Assembly (NCBI GenBank): GCA_024231905.1
Contig: JAAEQC010000202.1
Location: 5,422 to 69,421, forward strand
Source of the DNA: a bacterium
GTDB taxonomy: Bacteria > Krumholzibacteriota > Krumholzibacteriia > LZORAL124-64-63
DNA: 64,000 bases
Direction of reading: 5' to 3'
Of this stretch, positions 47,550 to 56,975 are shown piece after piece. The translations under genes and the position numbers were made by a program. The notes under the pieces were generated by a model that saw only the letters and a list, made by a program, of their open reading frames with translations, was not told the origin of the DNA and did no database searches. Numbering within the stretch: the stretch's first letter is position 1; the number at the start of each line of letters is the position of its first letter.

Positions 47550-49453
47550 TGCGTAGCACGATGCTGACCCTCGTTCTGTTCCTGATTGCCGGCACTGCCC
47601 TGGCCGCCGACATGGGCACCTCCGCCGGACACGATCTGGACAAGCTGTGGCGGGACGCCCAGAAGTCCTATGACCTGGAAACCGAAGACGCGGTGCTGCT
47701 CCTGGAGAGCCGCCACGTGACCGTGAGCGACGACGGCGCCCTGGCCACCCGCGTGCACCGGGTGGTGTGGATCGGCACCTCCCGCGGCATCCGCGAGTAC
47801 GCCGACCTGCGCGTCCCCTGGAACTCGGCCACCTCCACCCTCGACGTGGAGATCCTGCGCACCTGGATGGACGGCCGCTGGTGGCCCGACGCCCGGGAGA
47901 TCGGCGAGACCGCCGTGGTGCACACCCTGCCCCGGGCCGTGAACCACGCCGACGATTACACGTCCATGCGCGAGACCATGCTCCTGCACGACGGCGTCGA
48001 ATTGCCGTGCATCATGGAGACTGCGTACACCATCGCCGAGCAGGGATCGCCCGCGGCCGGCGCCGACGGACTGTTCGTGATCCCGCAGCGGGACCCCGCC
48101 GTGCTCACCGAGTACGTGGTGCGGGTGCCCACGGGCGCGGCCGTCAAGAGCCAGGCGCTGAACGAGGCCCCGTCGGCCGACACGAAGACCAGCGGCGGCG
48201 TGCGAACGCTGACCTGGAAGGTGGAGAAGTCGCCGGCCCTGGGGCTGCCCTGGGCGGCCAGGCCGGCGCGGTACGAACCGGCGGTGGCGTGGTCCACGTG
48301 GGATACGTGGCCGGAACTGTCGCAGAACTGGTGGAACACCGTGCTGGTGGAGGCGTCGGTGAGCGACGAACTGGCGGCCGAGGTGGACAAGCGGCGCCTG
48401 GGTGCATTCGGAGCCCGTGACGAAGCCCAGGTCGTCATGGACTTCGTGGAAGAGACCGTGCGCACGATCCACTACGACGATCGTTTCTGGCGCATGGCTC
48501 CCCGCGACGCGGACCGCGTGTGGGAGACCGGGTACGGACACGTGCTGGACAAGGCGGTGCTGACGACGGCGCTGCTGACGGCGGCCGGATTCGAAGTGAC
48601 ACCCGTGTTCGTGGACGCGCCGGGACAGACCATGTTCATATCTGTGCCGTGCTTCGACGGACTGGGCAGCCTGATGCTGCGGATGCGGCGCTTCGAAGGG
48701 GAGGCCTGGAACAACCTGGCCATGCTCTGCGACCCGGCCCACGGGACCGTGCACGCGGAATCCTTCCTGCAGGGACGGTCGTGGTTCCAGTTCGGGAATC
48801 AGGCCAAGCAGAACTTCGGCCCGACCGGGCCGAGCGCCAATATGGTGTTCGTGGTGCTGGAGCCGGGCGAGGACGGCGAGTGGACCGGGACCGTCGAGCA
48901 CAGCGGGGATTATCTGTTCCATTTCCTGGATGAGGCCGGGAGCGACGGGCTCGTGGCCCATCTGTCGAATCTGGTCGGGTCCGTCATCGAAGGAGCCGAA
49001 GTGGGCGAGGTGCGGCCGCAGGTGTTGAGCGCGCACGGGGCTTCGGTTGTCGGTGAGGTGACCCTGGCGGCCGGTGACGACGACGAGGACGCGGAGAAGA
49101 CGCGGCTGGTAATCGGCGTGCCGGACGGCGGGTTGCTGGACCGGCTGCCCGGAGACGTCCATCTATACGAGGACACGCGGACGGCGCCGGTGCTGCTGGG
49201 GACGGCCTTGCAGCAAATGGTCGTGGTGCGGGTGAAACTCGACGACCGCGAGGTCATGCTGATGCCCGAGGCACGGACCCTGGCCAACGACGCGGGGCTC
49301 TTCGAGATGGATTGTGCGGTGGTGGACGGGTGGGTGCAGTATGCGCGGTCGCTGCAGGTGAACGGAAAGGTCCCCGGGGACCTTTGGGCGGATATGCGCG
49401 CGCTGCTGCTCGAGGAGATGGATGAGGCTGGTGCGACGATCGTGATCGAATAG
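47549..49453 (+). CDS. DUF3857 protein with degenerate transglutaminase domain
   Basis: DAVLLLES..VHRVV N-domain; GYGHVLDKA where the paralog has GVCKD. Confidence 0.75.
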   Translation: MRSTMLTLVLFLIAGTALAADMGTSAGHDLDKLWRDAQKSYDLETEDAVLLLESRHVTVSDDGALATRVHRVVWIGTSRGIREYADLRVPWNSATSTLDVEILRTWMDGRWWPDAREIGETAVVHTLPRAVNHADDYTSMRETMLLHDGVELPCIMETAYTIAEQGSPAAGADGLFVIPQRDPAVLTEYVVRVPTGAAVKSQALNEAPSADTKTSGGVRTLTWKVEKSPALGLPWAARPARYEPAVAWSTWDTWPELSQNWWNTVLVEASVSDELAAEVDKRRLGAFGARDEAQVVMDFVEETVRTIHYDDRFWRMAPRDADRVWETGYGHVLDKAVLTTALLTAAGFEVTPVFVDAPGQTMFISVPCFDGLGSLMLRMRRFEGEAWNNLAMLCDPAHGTVHAESFLQGRSWFQFGNQAKQNFGPTGPSANMVFVVLEPGEDGEWTGTVEHSGDYLFHFLDEAGSDGLVAHLSNLVGSVIEGAEVGEVRPQVLSAHGASVVGEVTLAAGDDDEDAEKTRLVIGVPDGGLLDRLPGDVHLYEDTRTAPVLLGTALQQMVVVRVKLDDREVMLMPEARTLANDAGLFEMDCAVVDGWVQYARSLQVNGKVPGDLWADMRALLLEEMDEAGATIVIE

Positions 49454-49489
49454 GCGGGTTGGTTGGGATGCCAATCTTCGATGGGGAAA

Positions 49490-49524
49490 GCGACCCCGGT
49501 CCTCAGCGGGCCGGGGTCGTTCAT
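49490..49524. terminator. Terminator hairpin between convergent genes
   Basis: GCGACCCCGGTCC...GGGCCGGGGTCGT with T-rich flanks. Confidence 0.6.
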
Positions 49525-49555
49525 TCGCCATGTGGGCAATGGGCGCGAGTCGCTG

Positions 49556-50368
49556 TCAGGCGTCGGCCTCCTGGATTCGATCCAGCACCCACGCCACCAC
49601 GTTCGACTTGCCGAACACGACGTTGTACCGCGGCCCCTTCCCCTCACCCGCCGGACTCGACCCCACGCACACGAAGCGGCCGCCGGCCTCCTGGACGAGC
49701 ACCTCGGTGGCCGCCATGTCCCAGATGCTGACGTCGTAGTCCACCATGGCGCCGATCCGGCCGTCGATGGCCAGGGCGTGGCCGAAACAGTCGCTGTAGG
49801 TGCGCACGTATGCCTCGGAGCGCATGAGATGGTCGAAGACGGCTTCCTGGCCGCAGGACACGAACTGGTGGCGGTCGCCGGTGGCGATGATCTCCTGGTC
49901 CATGGGGACGAGGGGTTCGTCGGTCTGGATTCGGACCAGCTCGCCGTTGCAACGAGCGCTGAGGCCCGTCGCGCCGGCGTAGAGCAGGTCCAGGCCGGGC
50001 AGGGCGATGACGCCGACGACCGGTCGTCCTTCGTGGCGCAGGGCGAGCAGGGTACCGTACAGGGGGATGCGGCGGCCGAAGCTGCGGGTGCCGTCGATGG
50101 GATCGACGATCCATTGGAAGGGGGAGTCGGTGGTGGTTTCGGGGCGTTCTTCGCCGAGGATGGCGTGGGTGGGGTAGGCGGCGCGGATGCGGGAGCGGAT
50201 GAGGTCTTCTACGGCGAGGTCCATGGCGGTGACCGGGGAGCCGTCGGGTTTGGTTTCGGTGGCGAGGTTGCGGGGATCGTCCGCAAGGATGAGGGTGCGG
50301 GCTTCCTGGGCGATGGACTCGGCGGTTCGGAGGTAATGCTGGAGGTCTGGATCGGGGATACGAGACAT
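49556..50368 (-). CDS. hisN: Inositol monophosphatase family, HisN-like histidinol-phosphatase
   Basis: KPDGSPVT..D, ILGEE, WIVDPIDGTRSF, WDMAA. Confidence 0.8.
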   Translation of the reverse strand: MSRIPDPDLQHYLRTAESIAQEARTLILADDPRNLATETKPDGSPVTAMDLAVEDLIRSRIRAAYPTHAILGEERPETTTDSPFQWIVDPIDGTRSFGRRIPLYGTLLALRHEGRPVVGVIALPGLDLLYAGATGLSARCNGELVRIQTDEPLVPMDQEIIATGDRHQFVSCGQEAVFDHLMRSEAYVRTYSDCFGHALAIDGRIGAMVDYDVSIWDMAATEVLVQEAGGRFVCVGSSPAGEGKGPRYNVVFGKSNVVAWVLDRIQEADA

Positions 50369-50489
50369 GATGGCCGGTCCTTAGTCGGGATGGAGCTCGA
50401 CCCCGGGCATCGAGCGTCGCTACTTACGGAACTCCCACTACTTCTTATTGGCCCGCGCCTCGACTGCCAGTCATTCGTCCTCTGCAAAC

Positions 50490-50636
50490 TCGTTCCGCAC
50501 CGTGCGGCCCGCATCGGCTTCTTTGAGGATCGAGACGGTCTAGATCTCGGAGAATCACGACTTCCTCATCAAGACTTCCTCGCTCGATTATGCCAGAATG
50601 CTTTGATTATCACTGGTCTGTTTTTTTGGAAGGTTA
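50490..50636 (-). mobile_element. Decayed IS3-family transposase OrfA 5' remnant
   Basis: From ATG 50569: MRKS*FSEI*TVSILKEADAGRTVR, matching the IS3 OrfA start MRKSRFSEtQIvsILKEAdAG with two nonsense changes; lower GC. Confidence 0.7.
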
Positions 50637-50648
50637 CGACACCACCTC

Positions 50649-51185
50649 CTACGCGATGGTGCTGAGCGACTCCATGATCCGCGTGCTCATGTTCTGATAG
50701 GCGACGATCTCCACCAGGCTGAGGATGTCCTCGTCTGAAAATCCCTCGCCGGACAGGCGCTCGACGTCGGCCGAGCTGCAGGCGTCCGGCGCGCGCGTGA
50801 TCTTGACGGCGAACTCCGCCATCAGCCGTTCGCGAGGGCTCAGATCCGCCTTGGTGTAATCGTCCGCAACCTGGTCGGCCAGTTCCTGATCCCGTGCCAC
50901 TCGACCGAGGGCTTCCGTATGGGAGGCCGTTCAGTGCACGCAGCCGATCAGGGACGACGTGACCAGCGCCAGGATCTCCTTCTCGCGGGGCGTGAACCCG
51001 GCGTCGCGGTAGACCGCGGTGCAGAGGTCGTCGATGCGCTCGGCCACGCGGGGGGTCAGGCTCGTCAGACGGGTGAGGTCGGAGATGTCGCCCGTCATGG
51101 CGTTACGGGTCTTTTTAAAGAGCTGCTTCGCCGCTTCGTTCGTGGTGTCGTCGGGCTCGATCTGGATCCAGGGGTTCCAGGGCAT
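50649..51185 (-). CDS. AhpD/carboxymuconolactone-decarboxylase-like peroxidase selenoprotein (Sec at TGA 50931-50933)
   Basis: The two split ORFs are in frame; read-through gives REKEILALVTSSLIGCVH-U-TASH (CxxU..H); SECIS-like hairpin directly 3' of the UGA. Confidence 0.85.
50890..50930 (-). promoter_or_regulatory. Bacterial SECIS element
   Basis: GCC-CUC-[GGUC]-GAG-U-GGC hairpin; apical loop 24 nt after the UGA; UCCC/GGGA lower stem. Confidence 0.7.
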
Positions 51186-51243
51186 GGGGGCTCCTTCGGT
51201 GAAGATGTCTCGTGCCAGTTCGATGACCCGCGCGCCGGCCGGT

Positions 51244-53103
51244 CTACGGCGCACTCTCGACCACCTGCTCGGTCGTCCCTGCCGTGGCCGCCTCTACCAG
51301 CCAGTGGCGCAACCGGGCCGAGTCGTCCACGGCGCCGATGCGCTCCAACTGCTCCGGGCTGATCTCCACTCCGCGGGCTTCGAGCAGGGTCACGACGCTC
51401 TCGGCCAGGGCCCGCGCCTCCTGCTGCGCCGCCTGCTCGGTGTCCTGCTTGCGGGCAATCTCTGCCGGCACCGGGCGCATCCGGTAGCGGTCGCCAGTCG
51501 CGGCAACAATGGTCTGTAGCCACTCCTGCGGGTAGCCCTCGAAGCGGGGCTTGCCGAACTCGTCCTTCACGTTGCCGTCGAGGTACTTGTAGAGCAGCTC
51601 GTCGAAGAGGCGGGTCCAGCGAGCCACGGTTTCGTTGCCGGCCGTGGCGGTATACTGCGTCAGGTAGTCCCGGGCCAGGCGGGGCGATTGCTCATAGAGC
51701 GCGACCGCCGCCGCGTCCACCTCGGGCACCTCGCCCAGGAAGCGACCCTCCAGCTCCTGCTGCACGCGCCGGATGTCGACGATCATATCCGCGTAGCGCG
51801 AGTAGGCGTAGTTAGCGACGCGGTTGAAGGCCCAGAACGCCGCGTCGTAGTCGACGTCGTGGTACGAGCCGGTGCCCACGCGAAACGAGTAAGGCGCCTC
51901 GGTGATGCCGGCGTAGGCGGGGAAGTAGACGGTGGTGTAGGTGTCGTCGACGCCGAACCAGTTGATGCCGCCGATGGGGTCGGGCAGCCAGGATCGCATC
52001 TGGGCGACGAATGAGAAGCCGGTCTGCTGGGTGGAGACAGCGCGCTCGTGGAAGTAGCGCTCGCCGTCAACCTCCCAGCGCATGGGCCGCCAGCGGTAGG
52101 GCAGCTTGTAGGGGCCGGCGCCGATGTCGGTGGTCATGTCCAGCGCCGTGTCCTCGTAGTGGTCGCGCATCAGGCCCATGACGTCGGCCACGGTCAGCTT
52201 CTTCGCGGGACGGATCCACAGCGGCACGGGCTCGGCGCCGGGTTCGCCCATGATCCAGCCCTCGCCGTGGTCGCCGCCGGGAGCGGTGCGCTCGAACATG
52301 CACCACACGCGGGCCTCGCAGGCGCGGCGCGTGCCGAAGGCGTCGGGGTCGTACACGTCGGCGAAGCTGAAGTCCTCGTCTGCGCCCTGGTACCAGCCCT
52401 GCTCGCGGGCGAAGTCGATCACGTCCGGGGCGTAGAGCGCGTTCTCGTCGTCAGCCAGGGGGAATTGGCGGATGCGGGCAGCGTTGGCGTGGCCGCAGAT
52501 GTAGCCGTCCGGCACGCGGCGGGCCACCCAGACGGCGCCCTTCTCCTCGGGGCCCTTGCCGATCAGGTCCATGATCCAGACCTCGTCCGGATCGCCGACG
52601 GAGAACGTTTCGCCCTTGCTGTAGTACCCGTACTCGTCCACCAGCGCGGCCATGATCTCGATGGCCTCGCGGGCGGTCCGCGCGCGCTGCAGCGTGACGT
52701 AGATGAGGCTGCCGTAGTCGAGGATCGCATCGAAATTGCGCAGCTCGGTGCGGCCGCCGTAGGTGGTCTCGGCCATGGTCACCTGGTGCTCGTTCATGTT
52801 GCCGACCACCGCGTACGTCACCGGCGCCTGCGCGATCTCGCCCAGGTACTTGCCCGTATCCCACTCGTAGATGGGCATCATCGTGCCCGGGGCGTGCCGG
52901 CCCGGCGGCCGGTAGTACAGCTCGCCGTAGAAGCCGTGGGAGTCAGCCGTGTAGGTGACCATGGTCGATCCGTCGGCCGAGGCGTCGTTGGTGATCAGGA
53001 AGTTCGTGCAGGCCGACGCCAGGGGAGTGGCGGTGAGGGCGACCGCGAGCGCCAGGGCGCCCACTACGAGCGGGACGGGGCGAGCGGGAATGAGGGTAGG
53101 CAT
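51244..53103 (-). CDS. C69 family dipeptidase (Ntn hydrolase), secreted
   Basis: Signal peptide then CTNFL (N-terminal Cys nucleophile), NMNEHQV..ETT, LQRARTAREAI, HAN. Confidence 0.9.
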   Translation of the reverse strand: MPTLIPARPVPLVVGALALAVALTATPLASACTNFLITNDASADGSTMVTYTADSHGFYGELYYRPPGRHAPGTMMPIYEWDTGKYLGEIAQAPVTYAVVGNMNEHQVTMAETTYGGRTELRNFDAILDYGSLIYVTLQRARTAREAIEIMAALVDEYGYYSKGETFSVGDPDEVWIMDLIGKGPEEKGAVWVARRVPDGYICGHANAARIRQFPLADDENALYAPDVIDFAREQGWYQGADEDFSFADVYDPDAFGTRRACEARVWCMFERTAPGGDHGEGWIMGEPGAEPVPLWIRPAKKLTVADVMGLMRDHYEDTALDMTTDIGAGPYKLPYRWRPMRWEVDGERYFHERAVSTQQTGFSFVAQMRSWLPDPIGGINWFGVDDTYTTVYFPAYAGITEAPYSFRVGTGSYHDVDYDAAFWAFNRVANYAYSRYADMIVDIRRVQQELEGRFLGEVPEVDAAAVALYEQSPRLARDYLTQYTATAGNETVARWTRLFDELLYKYLDGNVKDEFGKPRFEGYPQEWLQTIVAATGDRYRMRPVPAEIARKQDTEQAAQQEARALAESVVTLLEARGVEISPEQLERIGAVDDSARLRHWLVEAATAGTTEQVVESAP

Positions 53104-53735
53104 GGCGTGTCGCTCCTGGACGGTGGCGGTGGCAAGTGGGGGCCGAGGTGATGTCGCCCTGATTGTCCGATCTCCGGCCAGGCAACTCTCTCGCTCTTGT
53201 CGTACTCGACCGGCGGCATATACCGCAAGCTCAAGTGCGAGCGCCGGCGATTGTACCACGCCTCGATCGCCCCGTCAGATCCTCGCGAGCCTGGTCCCGC
53301 CGGGGGCGTGACGGGCGGCTTTGTCGGCTGGAGGCTCTTGTTAGACGACCTACCTAATTCAAGCCATTCAAAGAGGCGAGATGCAGATTCTCGACGCCGA
53401 CCTTGAACTCACCGCAGTGTAGCTCCACTACAACTTCCTCGCTCGGCCAAATCGAAGGATACAAGTTGAACCGATAGACGCCGGGCCCGATGCCTGAGAA
53501 CTCGTCTATGCTCTCGCCACTCGTGCCGACTAATTCCTGGCAATCGCCAGCTTCCCTCCGGACAAGTTCCGAAACCAAGGAATCGCAACTCGACAATTGA
53601 GCTTGCTAGCTCACCTGATTCCATGAGACCCCGGAAATACTACTCCTTCTCTCGCTAGATATTAGCAGAAGTGTTCTTAGATATTAGACTTGAAACTGTC
53701 TCACTCTGGCTGGCGGGAAACAGTCCATCCCCCCC

Positions 53736-53773
53736 AACAATAAAACGGCCCCGGAACCATCCTCCGGGGCCGT
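53736..53773 (-). terminator. Rho-independent terminator
   Basis: ACGGCCCCGGA/TCCGGGGCCGT stem followed by TTTTATTGTT on the minus strand. Confidence 0.8.
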
Positions 53774-53805
53774 CTCCCCCTCCATAGGCGCGATGGGGTA
53801 ACCGC

Positions 53806-56800
53806 CTACTTGACGAGGGTCACCTTCATCAGATCCGCCACCCCGGCCGCTCGCAGTCTCGCCAGGTACACCCCGCTGGCTGCACGCGAACCCTGAGCAT
53901 CCAGACCGTCCCATACCGCCTCGCCGGGACCGGCCCGCCGGTCTTCCATGACAAGCGTCCGCACGAGGCGTCCCTGCAGGTCGTACAGGGCCAGGTGGCA
54001 GGGTCCGTCCTGCTCCATCTCGAAAGAAATCGTCGTGGTGGGGTTGAAGGGGTTGGGCGAGGCTGCCACGATGCGCGTGGCCTCGATGGCCGGCACTTCT
54101 TCCTCCACGCCACTCACGCCCTCGGCCACCCACAGGGAGTAGCTGCCTTCCTTGGCCAGTTCGCCGGCGTCCGTCTTCCACACCGCCAGGCAGGCGCTGC
54201 CGCTGACGGGCACGTTGACGATCATGCGCTCGGTCACGCCGTCGGGCTCGAGCCAGGTGATCTCGCCCTCGAGGGCGTCGTCCTTGCCGAAGTACTCGGC
54301 ACCCTGGTAGAAGCTCATGCCCCAGTCCACGCCGGTGCCGTTGTCCTTCAAGGTGATCAGATGCGGACCCGGGTCGAGCAGGAACTCGTGGAGATTCAAC
54401 ATGCGGCCGGCGCCCATGGCATAGGGACCCATCTCGCCGGGACCGGCGATGCCGCCCCAAGTGGATCTTACTTCCTGCAGGTCGTAGCTCGTCAGGAACT
54501 GGTCCACGTCGTCCAGGACGCCCACGTCGTGGGGCACGTTGTCGGCCAGGCGGTCGTTCACCAGCACGAAGTCGATCTGGCCGTCGCCGGCGAAGCTCTC
54601 CGCGAGTACCGACGGGCCGAACCCATCCTGGGTGCCCGAAAGCGCCGTGTGGAGTTGCAGATCCGTGTTCACGAACGTGCTCGGGGGCATGACCGCGGCG
54701 CCGGTCCACCAGCGGTTGCCGCCGATGGGCGGAATGTAGGGCACGCGCCAGCCATCACAGTTCCAGTACAGGGTCTCGCCGCCGTCACAGGCGTCCCAGC
54801 CGCCCTCACGGTCGGGCAGGCGCTCGAAGCCGGTAACGTTGACGGAAGCGTTGGTGGGCAGCGTGGGCGGCGACCAGCAGTACTGGCGCGCCGAATCGTT
54901 GTTCCGCTCGACGCTCTCGTCCAGGTCGTCCAGGTAATCCATGTTCAGGGTCAGGGTGTGGCGGCCGCCGGGGATGGTCCAGGGCGTGCCGGCGCGATCG
55001 AGATTGCGCACGTTCCGTGAGCTACCCGCAGCCAGGGACGAGAACTGGCGCAGGCCCATGTCGCCCATGCCGTCGATGTCCAGGCCCCAGGACACGGTGT
55101 CCGCGCTGGCCAAACCGGCGTTGCGGGCGCCGTAGTTCAGCCAGGTCAGTGGCTGGCCGCCGTGCAGCGTATCCGGCAGCGGGCAGTTGAACAACGCGGA
55201 CGTGTCGTGAGGCTGGGGCACGATTGGTGCGTGCCAGCCCGTATACGTAGTAGGCTCCAGATCCGGCCGTGCCTTGTACAGCCCCACGTTCACCGCCAGG
55301 CTCGACGGGTGCTCCACCCGGTTGCCGTACACGACGCAGCAGTACTCGCCGGTCACCGCGAGATTCATGTCGATGCGGGCCAGACCCTCGGCGTCGGTGG
55401 CCACCGGGTCGAGCAGATCGGCCAGGTCACCATTCTCGAAGTCCGGCAGCAGCCAGCCCATGTGGACCGGACCGTCTTCCGGATCGCTGTACAACGTGAG
55501 CGTGGCCGGGCCCAGGTCGCCCGGGCCCACGTGGAACTGGAACATGGCCAACCGCTGGACGGTGTAAGGCGTCGACGGCTCGATGCCGAAGTCGAAGGGA
55601 TAGGGGCTCTCGTGGAGGTGGGCGATGCGGTAATCCTCGGTGAGGGCTGACCAGAAGTTGATGATCCCCACGTCCCAGGGCACGTGCCCCATGGTGTGGG
55701 TGTTGACCAGGAGAGCATGGAGATCGCTGTCGTAGCTGGTGGCGGCCACATTGAAACCGAAGGCCGCCTCAGGGTCGTCCGAGGCCGGGTGCAGGCGCAG
55801 CATATAGTTGTTCAGGCCGTCGTCGGACAGGCGCTCGCCCCACACGGCGACCCACTCGTAGCTTGCCGACGGTTGGATCCGTACACCGTCGCAGTGGTGC
55901 CAAGGGAAAGGACCGTACAGGTAGTCCTGGTCGTTGAGCGGCGGCACGGGGCGGGTCCAGGTGGTCAGGGGCGGCAAGTAGTCCCCCTGCCAGCACATCT
56001 GCACCGCGGTGACGTTGTCCGTCTCGTCGGACTCGGCCACCGCATTCAGGGCGTCGGCCCTCACCCGCAGCACGTGGCGGCCGCCGGGCACCTGGTACGG
56101 TCCGAAGTTGTAGGAGCCGTTCCAGTCGTAGGGCGGGATGGTCCACAGGCTGCGCGAGTCGAGGAAGTCGCCGTCCAGGTAAAGATCCATGCGCGAGGCG
56201 CCGGCCGTGACCGGCCCCGTGTTCCGGTAGCAGGCGTTGAGCCAGGTGGAGTCGGCCTCGCCGATCAGGAAGGTCGGCGCAGGCACGTTCGTCCAACTGG
56301 CATCGTCGACGCTGCGCGGCACCAGGGACCCCGCCCAACCCGGTTTCACGTCGAACTCGAAATTCGGCAGGTTGGAGAAGTTGGCCGTGGCGCCGTTGGT
56401 GCCGTCGTAGGGGGTGTCGAAGGTGGCCGAGAGAACCGTGGCGTCGCTGAACTCCACGATGATCGTTCCGCCCATGAGATCGGAGCCGTAGGGCATGCCG
56501 GTGGCGCCCATGTCCAGATCCATGGTGAAGCGGAAGTAGTCGCCGCCGTCGAAGCCCGTGAAGGTCGAACCGAAGTCCTGGGTGTCCGTCCCCGCGGGCA
56601 CGTCGAAGTAGAAGCTGTAGGACGTCACCCCGTCGTTCTGGGGCGAGCACATGGACGTACCGTCGGCGTCGAGCCAGACGTTCGTCGCGTTCCAGTCCCA
56701 CCAGGCGTCCACCAGGGTCACGCCTTCATTGGTGGTGAAGGTGATGTCGATCCAGTTGCCGCCCTCGCCGCAGTTGCTGGCGGTGGACGACCCTTGGATC

Positions 56801-56862
56801 ACGGCGGACGCGGACGACGCGGCCAGCATCAGGGCCAAGAGAATCATGACGAACGGTTTCAT
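53806..56862 (-). CDS. Large secreted protein with two CARDB-like repeats and a C-terminal FlgD-Ig domain
   Basis: Signal peptide MKPFVMILL after GGGGGA; GRH.L...D....ESDETDN / ESVERNN CARDB motifs; PNPFNP tail. Confidence 0.8.
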   Translation of the reverse strand: MKPFVMILLALMLAASSASAVIQGSSTASNCGEGGNWIDITFTTNEGVTLVDAWWDWNATNVWLDADGTSMCSPQNDGVTSYSFYFDVPAGTDTQDFGSTFTGFDGGDYFRFTMDLDMGATGMPYGSDLMGGTIIVEFSDATVLSATFDTPYDGTNGATANFSNLPNFEFDVKPGWAGSLVPRSVDDASWTNVPAPTFLIGEADSTWLNACYRNTGPVTAGASRMDLYLDGDFLDSRSLWTIPPYDWNGSYNFGPYQVPGGRHVLRVRADALNAVAESDETDNVTAVQMCWQGDYLPPLTTWTRPVPPLNDQDYLYGPFPWHHCDGVRIQPSASYEWVAVWGERLSDDGLNNYMLRLHPASDDPEAAFGFNVAATSYDSDLHALLVNTHTMGHVPWDVGIINFWSALTEDYRIAHLHESPYPFDFGIEPSTPYTVQRLAMFQFHVGPGDLGPATLTLYSDPEDGPVHMGWLLPDFENGDLADLLDPVATDAEGLARIDMNLAVTGEYCCVVYGNRVEHPSSLAVNVGLYKARPDLEPTTYTGWHAPIVPQPHDTSALFNCPLPDTLHGGQPLTWLNYGARNAGLASADTVSWGLDIDGMGDMGLRQFSSLAAGSSRNVRNLDRAGTPWTIPGGRHTLTLNMDYLDDLDESVERNNDSARQYCWSPPTLPTNASVNVTGFERLPDREGGWDACDGGETLYWNCDGWRVPYIPPIGGNRWWTGAAVMPPSTFVNTDLQLHTALSGTQDGFGPSVLAESFAGDGQIDFVLVNDRLADNVPHDVGVLDDVDQFLTSYDLQEVRSTWGGIAGPGEMGPYAMGAGRMLNLHEFLLDPGPHLITLKDNGTGVDWGMSFYQGAEYFGKDDALEGEITWLEPDGVTERMIVNVPVSGSACLAVWKTDAGELAKEGSYSLWVAEGVSGVEEEVPAIEATRIVAASPNPFNPTTTISFEMEQDGPCHLALYDLQGRLVRTLVMEDRRAGPGEAVWDGLDAQGSRAASGVYLARLRAAGVADLMKVTLVK

Positions 56863-56934
56863 GGCTAATCCCCCCATCGGCGTGCGGCGGGCCTCGGTCG
56901 ATTCAGAGAGGCCCGGAGTGTGTTCCCACCAGGA

Positions 56935-56962
56935 GGAACGCGACGGGGCGACGACGATCACA
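56935..56962 (-). promoter_or_regulatory. ECF promoter (TGTGAT-N16-CGTTCC) upstream of the CARDB gene
   Basis: TGTGATcgtcgtcgccccgtcgCGTTCC; boxes identical to 60879..60906. Confidence 0.7.
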
Positions 56963-56975
56963 GGAACGAGAAAAT

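Noticed and set aside
53130-53200. Possible glycine riboswitch upstream of the C69 dipeptidase (GAGAGAG..GCCGGAG..ATCAGG)
   Set aside because: Only loose word matches and no convincing stems; an Infernal/Rfam search would be needed
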